DNA of 64,000 nucleotides from an uncultured Desulfocapsaceae bacterium (GTDB lineage Bacteria; Desulfobacterota; Desulfobulbia; Desulfobulbales; Desulfocapsaceae): NCBI GenBank assembly GCA_964558875.1, contig CAZLGM010000001.1, positions 5,447 to 69,446 of the forward strand, read 5' to 3'. Shown piece by piece: positions 8,829 to 18,600 of this stretch (position 1 is its first letter; each line of letters starts with the position of its first letter). The notes under the pieces were generated by a model. It saw only the letters and a program-made list of their open reading frames with translations, ran no database searches and was not told where the DNA came from. The position numbers and the translations under genes were made by a program.

Positions 8829-10235
8829 ATGATTGCCAATGAGGAAAAAATGACAAAACAGTACCAGGAAGCTGGTAACAGAATTGATCGATTGATGACC
8901 ATCAATGGAGATGTTGTTTTCAAAGGGACAACCCTTGTTGAAGGGACCATCAATGGAGATGTCTCTGGAGAGCGGATCGTAGTCACGGAAACCGGTGTGA
9001 TTCTCGGTGATTTGACGGTAAAAGAAGTATTTTGCCACGGCAGGATAACAGGATCGATTATTGCCGAAAGTATAAGCATCGGTCATTCAGCCTCTGTCGA
9101 GGCCGAGCTTGAAGTAACCACCATTGAGATTGAATCGGGTGCCAAAGTCGCCTGTCAAATAAGACGAGGAAGTGAACCAGGGGAGAACAAAGAAGCTACC
9201 ACATCTGTTCTTAAAAAAGTAACACGAACCGCAACTAAAAATGAGAAACCTGTAGCTGCCAGGAAAACAAAGACAACCGAAAAAAAAGAAAAGAAACCGG
9301 CAGTTGCTAAAAAAGCAAAGGTTGTCGCTATAAAAAAAGAAAAACCCGTTGTTACCAAAAAAGTACAATCCGCTGAGATCAAGAAAGAAGAAAGAAGAAA
9401 ACAGCCTGTAAATAAAGGGAAGCCAAAGGTAAAACAGGAGACAGCAAAAGTGACTGTGGATGGCCCTGTTTCTATGGAGTCATTGGAGTCAACCACCTTT
9501 TTTCCAGAGGGTGAACGCAGGGGGATAGTAACATCCATTGTCGATCTGGTCCAGTCATCAAACCACAGGATGGTCAAGGTAACCGGTGATATGGGAAGTG
9601 GTAAAACAACAATTTACAATAAGATTGGTGATGAACTGAAAGCCGGTTGTGAGGTTGTGTGTCTTGATGATGTTGTCGGCTCGATCAAGGAGTTGTTTGG
9701 CCGGATTGCTGAAAGACTTGGGATTGAGGTCGAGGAGGACTCAAGTCAGACCGATATCCTGGAAAAACTGAAAAGTCACATGGCCGGTAATGGCAAGAAG
9801 CGGGTAATTCTAGCCCTTGACAACAGCCATGAAATGTATCCGGCAACCCTGGAGGGAGTTATAAAAAAACTGGGATCCATATTTACTGACGAGAACAATC
9901 GTCTGCGCATCCTGCTTTTCGGTGAAGAATATCTTGATCGACATCTCGATCCCAAAACGTCCACCTTTTTTACTGAGCATCCGGAATGCTCATATACATT
10001 GAGGCCGCTGTCTCAGAGCGAGACCCGGCGCTATATCGATTTCAGGTTGGAGATGATCCGACGGTGCACAAACAGTGAGAAGCCGATCGATTTCCCAGAG
10101 GAGTCGGTTGACAAAGTATATCTCTTGTCTCAGGGAGTAATAGGGAAAATAGATCGGATTGTTGAGCGTGCTGTCGAGGCGGCTGGAAAAAAGAAAAGCA
10201 ATACGGTTGTTGCCAAATTTATTGCTAACATCTAA
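8829..10235 (+). CDS. bactofilin-like domain + Lys-rich linker + AAA+ (ExeA/AAA_22-like) ATPase fusion
   Basis: The N-terminus (VVFKGTTLVEGTINGDVSGERIVVTETGVILGDLTVKEVFCHGRITGSIIAESISIGHSASVEAELEV) has the bactofilin beta-helical repeat pattern. Residues about 130-210 are a K/P/A/V/T-rich tract (KKEKKPAVAKKAKVVAIKKEKPVVTKK). The C-terminus carries Walker A VTGDMGSGKTT and Walker-B-like RVILALDNSHEM. Confidence 0.75.
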   Translation: MIANEEKMTKQYQEAGNRIDRLMTINGDVVFKGTTLVEGTINGDVSGERIVVTETGVILGDLTVKEVFCHGRITGSIIAESISIGHSASVEAELEVTTIEIESGAKVACQIRRGSEPGENKEATTSVLKKVTRTATKNEKPVAARKTKTTEKKEKKPAVAKKAKVVAIKKEKPVVTKKVQSAEIKKEERRKQPVNKGKPKVKQETAKVTVDGPVSMESLESTTFFPEGERRGIVTSIVDLVQSSNHRMVKVTGDMGSGKTTIYNKIGDELKAGCEVVCLDDVVGSIKELFGRIAERLGIEVEEDSSQTDILEKLKSHMAGNGKKRVILALDNSHEMYPATLEGVIKKLGSIFTDENNRLRILLFGEEYLDRHLDPKTSTFFTEHPECSYTLRPLSQSETRRYIDFRLEMIRRCTNSEKPIDFPEESVDKVYLLSQGVIGKIDRIVERAVEAAGKKKSNTVVAKFIANI

Positions 10236-10267
10236 TACCTGAATCCGTGACGGAGAACGTAATAGTC

Positions 10268-12347
10268 CTACCGGACAAGTTGCAAAATGGTACGGGCCAG
10301 GTTGGCAATAACGGAAGAGTAATGTCGGATACGCACAATACCGGTTCGACCCGGGGTGAGCTGTTGCGGATCTTCGGGTGTGATAAAGAGTTCGTAGTAG
10401 GGGTTTATTATCCTGTAATATCCCTTCTCCTGGATAGCTGTCACCGGACCGCCAAATGGGGAGAGAATTGAGGCAGGTGGGGAGAGGATAACCGGTGCCG
10501 GATTGATCGATGAGATAACCCCCTCAACCGGTTTAACCCTGTCTGGCAGATAGATTTTGACCGTCTTTCCCGGAGTAACCTTCTCCAACTCATATTCAGG
10601 CAGACAGCCGATGACTGTAACATCACCGGGTCTGTATACCTCTCCCAGGGGTTCGCCTTTTATGAGCCAACGTCCCGGTATAAGGTTGTCTTCATGGTAC
10701 CACCAGAGCGTTCCTTCAATAGGCGAAGTTGCATTTAACAGGTTGATTTTCCGATCAATTTCAGCCAGCAGGTTGTCAAGGGCCTGTTTATGCTGCTCTT
10801 TGATTCTACTCTGTCCTAATGTTTTTACCGCACTGCTGAGCTGATCCTGCTCCATGTCTACTAAAGTCGCGGACAACAGCGTCTGTCTCCGATTCATTTC
10901 CATCTGCGGATTTGACAAAGAGTAGAGCGGATCGTTTTTTCGTATTCGGCTGTTACTTTTTGCCTGGAGCTTTTCTAAATATCCTTCCTGGGTCACGTAT
11001 AAGATCTGAGCCTCGTTGGCCCGGATAGTGCAGCCGATGTCCATACTCCACGGCAGCGGAAGAGCAAGAAGGCCCAAAACAAGCAAAACACCCAGGATGG
11101 TGATTGAGGCCCGACCGGCCTGGAAATTGGAGCGTTGGGCCGCGACAATCTTCATTTCAGCAAAAAGCGGCATAAGAATAAGGAGATACACCTCAAGGCC
11201 GATAAGAATAAGAGCCACGCTTTTTGCAAATGTATAATAGATAATTAACAGGATAGAGGTGTAGAGAAATATCCGATAACAAAAAGCACAAATCCCATAG
11301 GTGATTAGAAAAGTGTGAGTGGAACGTTTCAATTGCTGTCGATTTACAGAAGGTGACAGGCCGAAAAAGGTCTTTCTCATGAACTCTTTTACGGCGACGG
11401 TTGAGCGACTGTACAGGTTATCAATTCCAGTACCGTCCATAAGGAGATAGTAGCCGTCAAAACGAAGCAGCGGATTACCGTTTATTTAAAAGGGTATTGA
11501 TGGAGGTGACGGCAAAGAGATAGTAACAGATCGAGTTGAGCGTCCCGGCTCCTGTTGATGCCCAGATCAGGGCGGCAATACCGCCGATAAGTATTTCAAT
11601 TCCCATTCCGGCTCCGTCTATCATCATCCGGGTCTTACGGTCCTTGATCTGCCATGAGTCGGTAATATCGGTATAGAGGCGAGGCATAAAGACCATAATG
11701 GCCAGTCCGATGTTTCTGACCCTGATGCCGGCGGATTTAGCCGCATAGGCATGCCCCAATTCATGGACAGCTTTGATGATGATCAGCGTCAGTCCGTAGC
11801 GCAGCAGTCCTGATCCGGTTAAGGTGGACATAAACATGGCTGTTACATGATGCCAGCGGCTGATGAGCAGGATGTAGCCGATAATGGACAGCAGACCGAG
11901 GAGTTTGAGAATCCGGCTGTTTAAGATGATTTTAATATACGGCCAGCTCCAGCTCAGAAAACGATCCGGAGTGAGCAGGGGATATTTGAAGAACAGCCAG
12001 GCGCTGAGAAGCTGCTTTTTTTTCATCTTGCTGACAGCCTTTGAAGCATTGATGATGCGTTTCTCGGTCAATCCGTACACAGGCTGCAAGAGGCCGTTTG
12101 TCGACAGAAAAGAAAGGATGGCAAGTATCTCGGACTCATCTAATTCAAGACCGCCAAGTCGGAGTTGTTCTTGAAGCCTGGTAAGGGGGATATTGGTGTG
12201 CAGACGGCTGACGACCTGATATTCCTGCCGGCCAAGGCGGAAATAACGGTCGGCCACAGGGTCAAACAGAGTCCAGCTCCCCTCCTTTTCCGAGGGAAAA
12301 AGTTTGAGGTCCCGGCGAAGGACACCTGTGTTCTGCTGGGTAGTCAT
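10268..12347 (-). pseudogene. site-2 (M50) metalloprotease fused to a HlyD-like adaptor domain, split by a 1-nt frameshift near 11478-11486 (pseudogene or sequencing error)
   Basis: ORF 11475-12347 carries HELGHAYAAK (HExxH) in a polytopic membrane region and ends ...SINTLLNKR*. In another frame the sequence continues INGNPLLRFDGYYLLMDGTGIDNL, which is the S2P NxxPxxxxDG motif, and runs into ORF 10268-11440. That ORF has TM helices, a coiled coil and a HlyD-type beta-barrel. Confidence 0.75.
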
Positions 12348-12419
12348 GGACTGACAGATGATTTTGAAAGAAATTGAAAACCAATATCGAAATATGCAAC
12401 AAACCGGAGCTTGTGGGTG

Positions 12420-12500
12420 TTCGATAGTGCTGCAGCTTTGTACGATTTATACGTCAGATAATAGTAAAGGCTATATCTGACGTATAAATCATGCATAGAT
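12420..12500. repeat. structured intergenic repeat (long hairpin), related to the core of the element at 47380-47470
   Basis: It shares the TTCGATAGTGCyGyAGCTTTG lead with the 47.4-kb copy. It has a 17-bp perfect stem, GATTTATACGTCAGATA (12444-12460) paired with TATCTGACGTATAAATC (12474-12490). The other copy keeps a stem built from different bases. Confidence 0.55.
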
Positions 12501-12534
12501 ACATACAGTGTTAGCGGGCGTTGACATGCTTAGG

Positions 12535-13917
12535 TTATAGTTTTCTCCACCACAGCAGCATATTCCTGAACAAGTAGTGAACCAGCAGGACCTTATCCCC
12601 CTGCAGTCTGGCAACGCCACGCATGCCGTTCACCAGACCATCACCAGACTTCGGTAGAGCTTTAAGTGTGTAGGCAAAACCGCCAGTATCTGTAAGCATC
12701 GGCTTTGGGCTGATCCTCTGAACCGTTGCGTCGAGTGCTTTTTCCGGCCGGGTATCGACAAAAAACACAAAGTTATCCCGGAGGTTTCCGATAATGGAGG
12801 AGTCTGACTCATGCAGGTAGACGGTGACATTGAGCTTATCGGGTTTGAAGATCTCAAAAAGGGCATCTCCTGCTTTGACTGCCTTGCCGCTGAAATATTC
12901 CGGATCTTCTATGATCAGAACGCCGTCAATCATTGAGTTAATACGGCTGTGCTCAATATACCAGTTGCTTCTCTCCCGGTCGATTTTTTTGCTCTCAAGC
13001 CTCAGTTCCAGCAGCTTGACCCGGCCGAGTTTGTCCAGGCTTGAAAAGGACTGCTGCCGTATCAGGTCGAGTTCGGTGGCGATCACTTCTTCTTTTTTAC
13101 GTGAATCTGCAAGGTTAAACAGCATTTCTTCGATATCATAGACAATAATGGAGTCGCCTTTTTTAACGGTATCACCGTCCTTAAAAAACGACTGCCGGAT
13201 CACCCCGTCAAAAGGCGCATAGCTGATCTGTTTTCCGGCAGAGGTTATCTCACAATCAGCAACCACCGTCTGGTTTACACGGACGGTAAACAGGGATATC
13301 AGAAACCCAAGAATAAGGATAACAGCAACCGCTTGTTTCAGCCGTTTCCTACGTCTGGCACCAATATGAAACAGGCTGGAGCCACTGCTGCTTTTAAGTG
13401 CCAGCGCCTGACCGTAATGCTTGCCGAGCAGGCCGAGGCTGTGCACCATGGAGGAATCGGAGCCGTCAAAGAATTCAACGACCCAGAGATACAGATCGTC
13501 GACGTCTTCTTTCAACTCGGGAATAAGAGGAACAAGAACGATTGCAGGGTTTGTACCGTCTTCAGACAGATGAGTGAAGGCTTGTGAAGCTTTATTTGAG
13601 AGGCCGAGTTCTTCTACAGTATCTGCTGTGACACTGGTGATTTGATCAAGGACCAGAAAATCCGAGACCAGGTCCCGTATGTCCCGGCAATATTCGGAGT
13701 TGCTCTGCACCGTCGTCTGACCTGAGATGGCAACAACCTTGCTGCGTTTTTTTCTGATATGAACGAGGCAGCAACGGTCATATTTAAACAGAAGGCGGCT
13801 GTTGTTGACAATATGCAGTCCAACTCCGTGGGCTCCGTCTCTCTCAAAGGCCTCGTGGCCAAGACGCAGAATTCCCGACAGCAGATTTAACTGGGCATCC
13901 TGTTGGTTGTGTTCCAT
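12535..13917 (-). CDS. HlyD-family membrane fusion/adaptor protein with an N-terminal cytoplasmic (GAF-like?) domain of about 190 aa
   Basis: A single TM (AVAVILILGFLISLFTV) is followed by a lipoyl-like motif (APFDGVIRQSFFKDGDTVKKGDSIIVYD), a coiled-coil hairpin and a beta-barrel. Confidence 0.8.
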   Translation of the reverse strand: MEHNQQDAQLNLLSGILRLGHEAFERDGAHGVGLHIVNNSRLLFKYDRCCLVHIRKKRSKVVAISGQTTVQSNSEYCRDIRDLVSDFLVLDQITSVTADTVEELGLSNKASQAFTHLSEDGTNPAIVLVPLIPELKEDVDDLYLWVVEFFDGSDSSMVHSLGLLGKHYGQALALKSSSGSSLFHIGARRRKRLKQAVAVILILGFLISLFTVRVNQTVVADCEITSAGKQISYAPFDGVIRQSFFKDGDTVKKGDSIIVYDIEEMLFNLADSRKKEEVIATELDLIRQQSFSSLDKLGRVKLLELRLESKKIDRERSNWYIEHSRINSMIDGVLIIEDPEYFSGKAVKAGDALFEIFKPDKLNVTVYLHESDSSIIGNLRDNFVFFVDTRPEKALDATVQRISPKPMLTDTGGFAYTLKALPKSGDGLVNGMRGVARLQGDKVLLVHYLFRNMLLWWRKL

Positions 13918-13941
13918 CGGTTGAAATCAGGTGGTATAGTA

Positions 13942-14715
13942 TTAAATTTTCAACAGAACCTCGCCCGACATGCCGGCGCTGAGTTCACGACTGCTGTTGT
14001 CGATAACGATTTTTACAACAACGGTTCGGCTGCCCGGATCAATCGTTGCCCCGATTGAATACACTTTCCCCTGGTATTCCTTTTTCGTTTCTTCGACCAT
14101 TACGGTGAGTTCCATATCCGGGTTGATTTTGGGCCTAAGGTGGGAGGGGACGTGTATGACTGCCAGTAATTGTTGGTCGTTGATAATTTCAATGAGCGGT
14201 TGACCTGTTTGAACAAACTCATGTTCCCGTGCCATGATAGCGGTCAGTCGTCCGGCAAATGGAGCGGTGATCCTGCATTTTTCAAGCTTATAGGCCGCCA
14301 GTCTTAACTGTGCTTCCGAACGCTGTTTCCGGATGGCGGCGATCTCACGTTTTAACCGGGCTTCTTCAAGGTCGTGATCTCCTGCCAGCTTGCTCTTGTG
14401 CAGTTCCTGGAACCGTTCAAGCTCCTTTTCCGTGTAGCTCAACTGCTTCTCCCTCTCGGCCAGGTTCTGTTTTTCGATAATCACAGCCTGGTTGTAGGGA
14501 CGACTATCAAGTTTGACAAGAGTGGCTCCTTTGGAAAAAACTTCTCCCTCTTTGAAGGGTTGCTCTGTCAGCACGGAATTAACACCTGCCGATATCACAG
14601 CCCGCTGGATAGGAAAGATGACCATCTTCAGGCGAAGTTCCTGATTGTTTTCCGCACTGTGTGCCTCAGGGGCAAGGAAAAAAAAGAACAGTATCAACAG
14701 TCCAAGTTGTCGCAT
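13942..14715 (-). CDS. HlyD/RND-type periplasmic adaptor (membrane fusion) protein
   Basis: The start at Met 14715 gives the signal peptide MRQLGLLILFFFFLAPEAHSAEN. Adaptor features are FKEGEVFSKGATLVKLD, a coiled coil (REKQLSYTEKELERFQEL...) and ITAPFAGRLTAI. Confidence 0.82.
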   Translation of the reverse strand: MRQLGLLILFFFFLAPEAHSAENNQELRLKMVIFPIQRAVISAGVNSVLTEQPFKEGEVFSKGATLVKLDSRPYNQAVIIEKQNLAEREKQLSYTEKELERFQELHKSKLAGDHDLEEARLKREIAAIRKQRSEAQLRLAAYKLEKCRITAPFAGRLTAIMAREHEFVQTGQPLIEIINDQQLLAVIHVPSHLRPKINPDMELTVMVEETKKEYQGKVYSIGATIDPGSRTVVVKIVIDNSSRELSAGMSGEVLLKI

Positions 14716-14844
14716 GATAATCCTCAATTTTGTCTGCAAAAAGAACGATATCCATGATAAATGGAAAAGACGCCGGATGCAAGTCAAGGAATTATTGAAA
14801 GGCATGAAATATGCTTTTGTTAACGGTTCAATAGCGTAGATGGG

Positions 14845-14949
14845 ATCAATCGCCGGAGATGACCATGATTGCTATGGCCCCACACCACGGCGAAACGACC
14901 GGCAGTAGCTGTGAATAAAGTGAAGCAGGTAGGCATCAGACTCCGATCT
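14845..14949 (+). repeat. degenerate copy of the dispersed intergenic repeat family (see 49738, 53701, 54111, 60582)
   Basis: The 30-mer GTGAAGCAGGTAGGCATCAGACTCCGATCT (14920-14949) closely matches GCGAAGCAGGTAAGCGACAGACTCCGATCT at 49802-49831. The upstream part is degenerate. Confidence 0.4.
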
Positions 14950-15123
14950 TCATAAAGACCTTGTTCTCAACGTTCCAGTGGTCCGTCACCTATCCGAAAA
15001 AGAAAGCAGTTTGTAATACCCCGTATGTCTGGTATAGGTGAAGGAATATACACCTTTGAAATTTGAGATTTTAATGGACTGCTCATTGGTAGTACAAATG
15101 GCATCTGTTCGTGGAGGTTCCAG

Positions 15124-15612
15124 GTGAAAAAATATCGTTTTAAACCTGTCTATCAGAATATTTCGGATGAACTCCAGCAGGAGATAGTCAGTCTTTGGCT
15201 TGATGCACGGGTTCTAACATCGCAGGAAGCCAAGCGAAGGGTGCCGGAAGTTGTGCTGACAGTGAGAAACAGCAAAAAGGAACTGGTCGGCGTAACCACC
15301 GCCTATACCAGAGAATTTATCAAACCGGGCAACTTTTACTACTATATGCGGATGTTCGTTAAACCAGCCGAGAGACGGTCGTTTGAAATGCTTGAAGAGG
15401 CCTATCGCCGCACCTACCAGACACTTTCCAAAGCTAAGTCAACCGAGATCGAGGTGCAGGGAGTCGTCCTTGAGATGGAAAATGTAAAATTTACTGGAAA
15501 AGGGGCTATTAACAGGCTTGCCAATCTCGGGCCCGTCTTCTGGGGAAAAAACGCAGTCGGCCAGGACGTCTGGTATCATCGATTTGATGCCGACCCGAAG
15601 AAGATGAACTGA
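15124..15612 (+). CDS. hypothetical protein (possibly acetyltransferase-like fold; unassigned)
   Basis: A 162-aa ORF with a GTG start preceded by GGAGG 6 nt upstream. It is convergent with the giant gene. I recognised no motif. Confidence 0.5.
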   Translation: MKKYRFKPVYQNISDELQQEIVSLWLDARVLTSQEAKRRVPEVVLTVRNSKKELVGVTTAYTREFIKPGNFYYYMRMFVKPAERRSFEMLEEAYRRTYQTLSKAKSTEIEVQGVVLEMENVKFTGKGAINRLANLGPVFWGKNAVGQDVWYHRFDADPKKMN

Positions 15613-15633
15613 GAATCCAACCAATCCCCTTAC

Positions 15634-18600
15634 TCAGCCCAATATCCCACCCAACAGCTTATCCACATCCGACTCAAAGGCGGGGTGCCTCTTCAACCGC
15701 TCATTGATGCCCTGATACCAGTCCAGATCAGACTGACCATTGATACTGATCAGGGTACCACTTGTCTCAGGTGTCTGCAGGATATCTGAATCATTACCGA
15801 GCAGGACTCCCATCTCAAGTAAAATAGGCTTAAACAACGGGTCATCACCAAATATGGGAATAAACTCTTCAATCCAGAAAAGCAGGGTCTCACTATAACG
15901 CGATTCCATGTCTGTTAGAAAATCGGCCAGAATATTGACGCTGTCGGTATAAAAAACTTCCAGCTCTGCAAAAAATAAGGGCCAGGAACTGTATTGCTTA
16001 CCGACAAAATCGATAAAGGCCTCAGCATCTTCGTAGATTGAAGCAAGCCACCAGGGATCGGTCGGCCGGGCATCATCACCTGCTCCAGGGTCTGTTCCCA
16101 TTGGAACAGTCTCGCCACCCGGTTCACCTGGATTCGGGTCAATTCCTTGACCAGTCGGGTCCTCGAAGGCGCCCATATCGACACCGGTACCGTCATCCCT
16201 GGCTTCACCTCGCTGATCGGTTGTTAAGCCATCAGGGTTTGATCCGGAGTTCAGGGCCGGGCTGCCAATATACAGCACATGGGTTTGGGTCGGCCCGCCA
16301 TTATCCGCCAGAGGGCCGAGTCCGGGGTCAGCTCCAACAATATTGCCAAGACCGTCACCGCTGACACCGGAGTCGGGAACCGCATGGCCGCCGTCATCGG
16401 ATTCGATCAGGGAATGATCGACGCTCAGGGTACCCCCCGGTTCGTGAAAAAGATCGTTTCCTGCAGTATCAGACGTATTATTGCCGATAATGGAAGAGAC
16501 AATATCCATCGTTGCAAATGAACCCAGAACAACACCGCCGCCATTATAGCGTGACCTGTTGTCACCAATAGTTGAATTCTTGATGCTGGTGATTCCGGAA
16601 AAGCTCTTTATCCCCCCTCCATCGGAATTGGTTGTTTCATTGCCGGAAATGGTTGAGTTCTGGACGGTAAGCGTTCCTGAGTAAGTGAAAATACCGCCGC
16701 CACTCCTAGTTGATGTGTTGCCGGAGATGGTGGAGGCGGTTATGGTCGCTGTCCCGGAATTATTGATGCCGCCGCCGAAATCGTGCGCCGTGTTGTTCGA
16801 AACGGTGGAGCTGTCAATGGTTACTGTGCCGCTGTTATTGATACCGCCGCCATGACTGTCAGAAGCGGCAGTGAAGTTATACTTGGCGGAATTGTTGCTG
16901 ATGGTTGACTGACTGATGGTGGCTATTCCCGTATTTGCAATACCGCCGCCGCTGTACTTGGCATTATTTTCCGAGACAGTGGAGCCTGTGATGGTAATAG
17001 TACCGGAATTGAAAACACCACCGCCGTCACCAGAGGCGTAACTGTACGAGACGGTGGAGGCGGAGATCGTCAGGTTTTCCCTGTTGAGGATGGCGCCTCC
17101 GTCGTTGCCGGAAGAACCGTTCTGCAGGATCAATCCGGCCAGGAGAACGGTGGACTGGGTGGTACCGCTGGTATCATCGACATTGAAAATTCTATTGTTG
17201 TCCCCCCCGTCAATGGTGATTTTGTCATTTCCATCAATGGTAAGGTTTTTGTCAATGACCAGCTCACCTAGAACTGGATCAAGATTAATTGGGCCATCCA
17301 GGTCGGGATGAAAGAGAATGGTTCCCTTGTCGGTAGCATTAGCAATTGCCTCCCGCAGGGAGTAGTCGCCGGCAGAGAAGTCTCCGTCGTTCTCATCGAC
17401 CAAGGTATCCACCAGGTGATTGCCCTCCCAGGCGCCCATATCCACACCACCCACATCTCGATTAAAACCGGCGCCCCGCTGGTCATTGGCCAACGCGTCC
17501 GGATTGGAGCCGGAATGCAGGGCGGGGCTTGAGCCCATGAGCGCATGGGTCCGGGTAGAGCCGCCGTTGTCGGCCAGGGGCCGCAGTCCGGGATCAACAC
17601 CGACGATGTTGTCGTTGGTACCATTGGCGATGGTATGACCATTCGGGTCCTCGATAAGCGAGTGGTCAGCATTCAGGGTACCACCGGAGTGAAAGACATC
17701 GGCTCCGGCCAAGGCTGTGTTGTTGCCGACAATGGTTGAATTTAAGGTCGCATCGCCGTTGACCTGAAAAAGCCCGCCGCCCCTTCCAGCTGTAGCGCTG
17801 TTTTCGGCAACGGTTGAATTGTTGATTGTCGCTGTGCCGGAGTTGGCAATACCACCGCCGTCCCGCCCGGCGCTGTTACCGGACAGTGTCGAGTTGGAGA
17901 CGGTGAGGATGCCGGAGTCGGTATTGCTGACACCGCCACCGTCCTTGTCGGCATGATTTCCGGATAAGATTGAGCTGTTGACGGTGGCGGTTGCCTTGTT
18001 GAACAGGCCTCCACCGTTTTTGCCCGCCGTATTCTTCTTCAGAGTGGAATCGGTGATGGTAACCACTCCGGTACCGATATTACTGATGCCGCCGCCGCTT
18101 GCATCCGCCGTGTTCTTCTTGAAAGTTGAGTCGGTGATAGTGATCGCACCTGAACCCCGATTATGGACACCGCCGCCTTTGCCGGTGGATGTCCAGTTTT
18201 CCGAGAATGTCGAGCCGGTGATGGTGGCAGTGGCCTTATTGTATAGACCGCCACCGTCCTCCATGGCTGAGTTGTTTTTAACAGTTGAATCGGTGATTGT
18301 AAGGTTGGCTCCGGCTCCTGAATTTCGGATACCGCCGCCATTCATATAGGCCGCGTTGTCCTTGAAAGTTGAGCCGGTGATGGTAGCTGAAGCCTTGTTG
18401 AACAGTCCGCCGCCATCTTCAATTGCAATGTTGTCTTTTACCGTTGAATCGGTAATGGTGAGTGTAGCGCCGGTTCCGGTGTTATGGATTCCGCCGCCGT
18501 TTTTGGCGTTGTTTACAGAGATGACCGAATCACCATCGATGGTGACGCTGGCCCCTTTATTGGAGATACCGCCGCCGCTTGTATCTGCCGAGTTCTTCTT

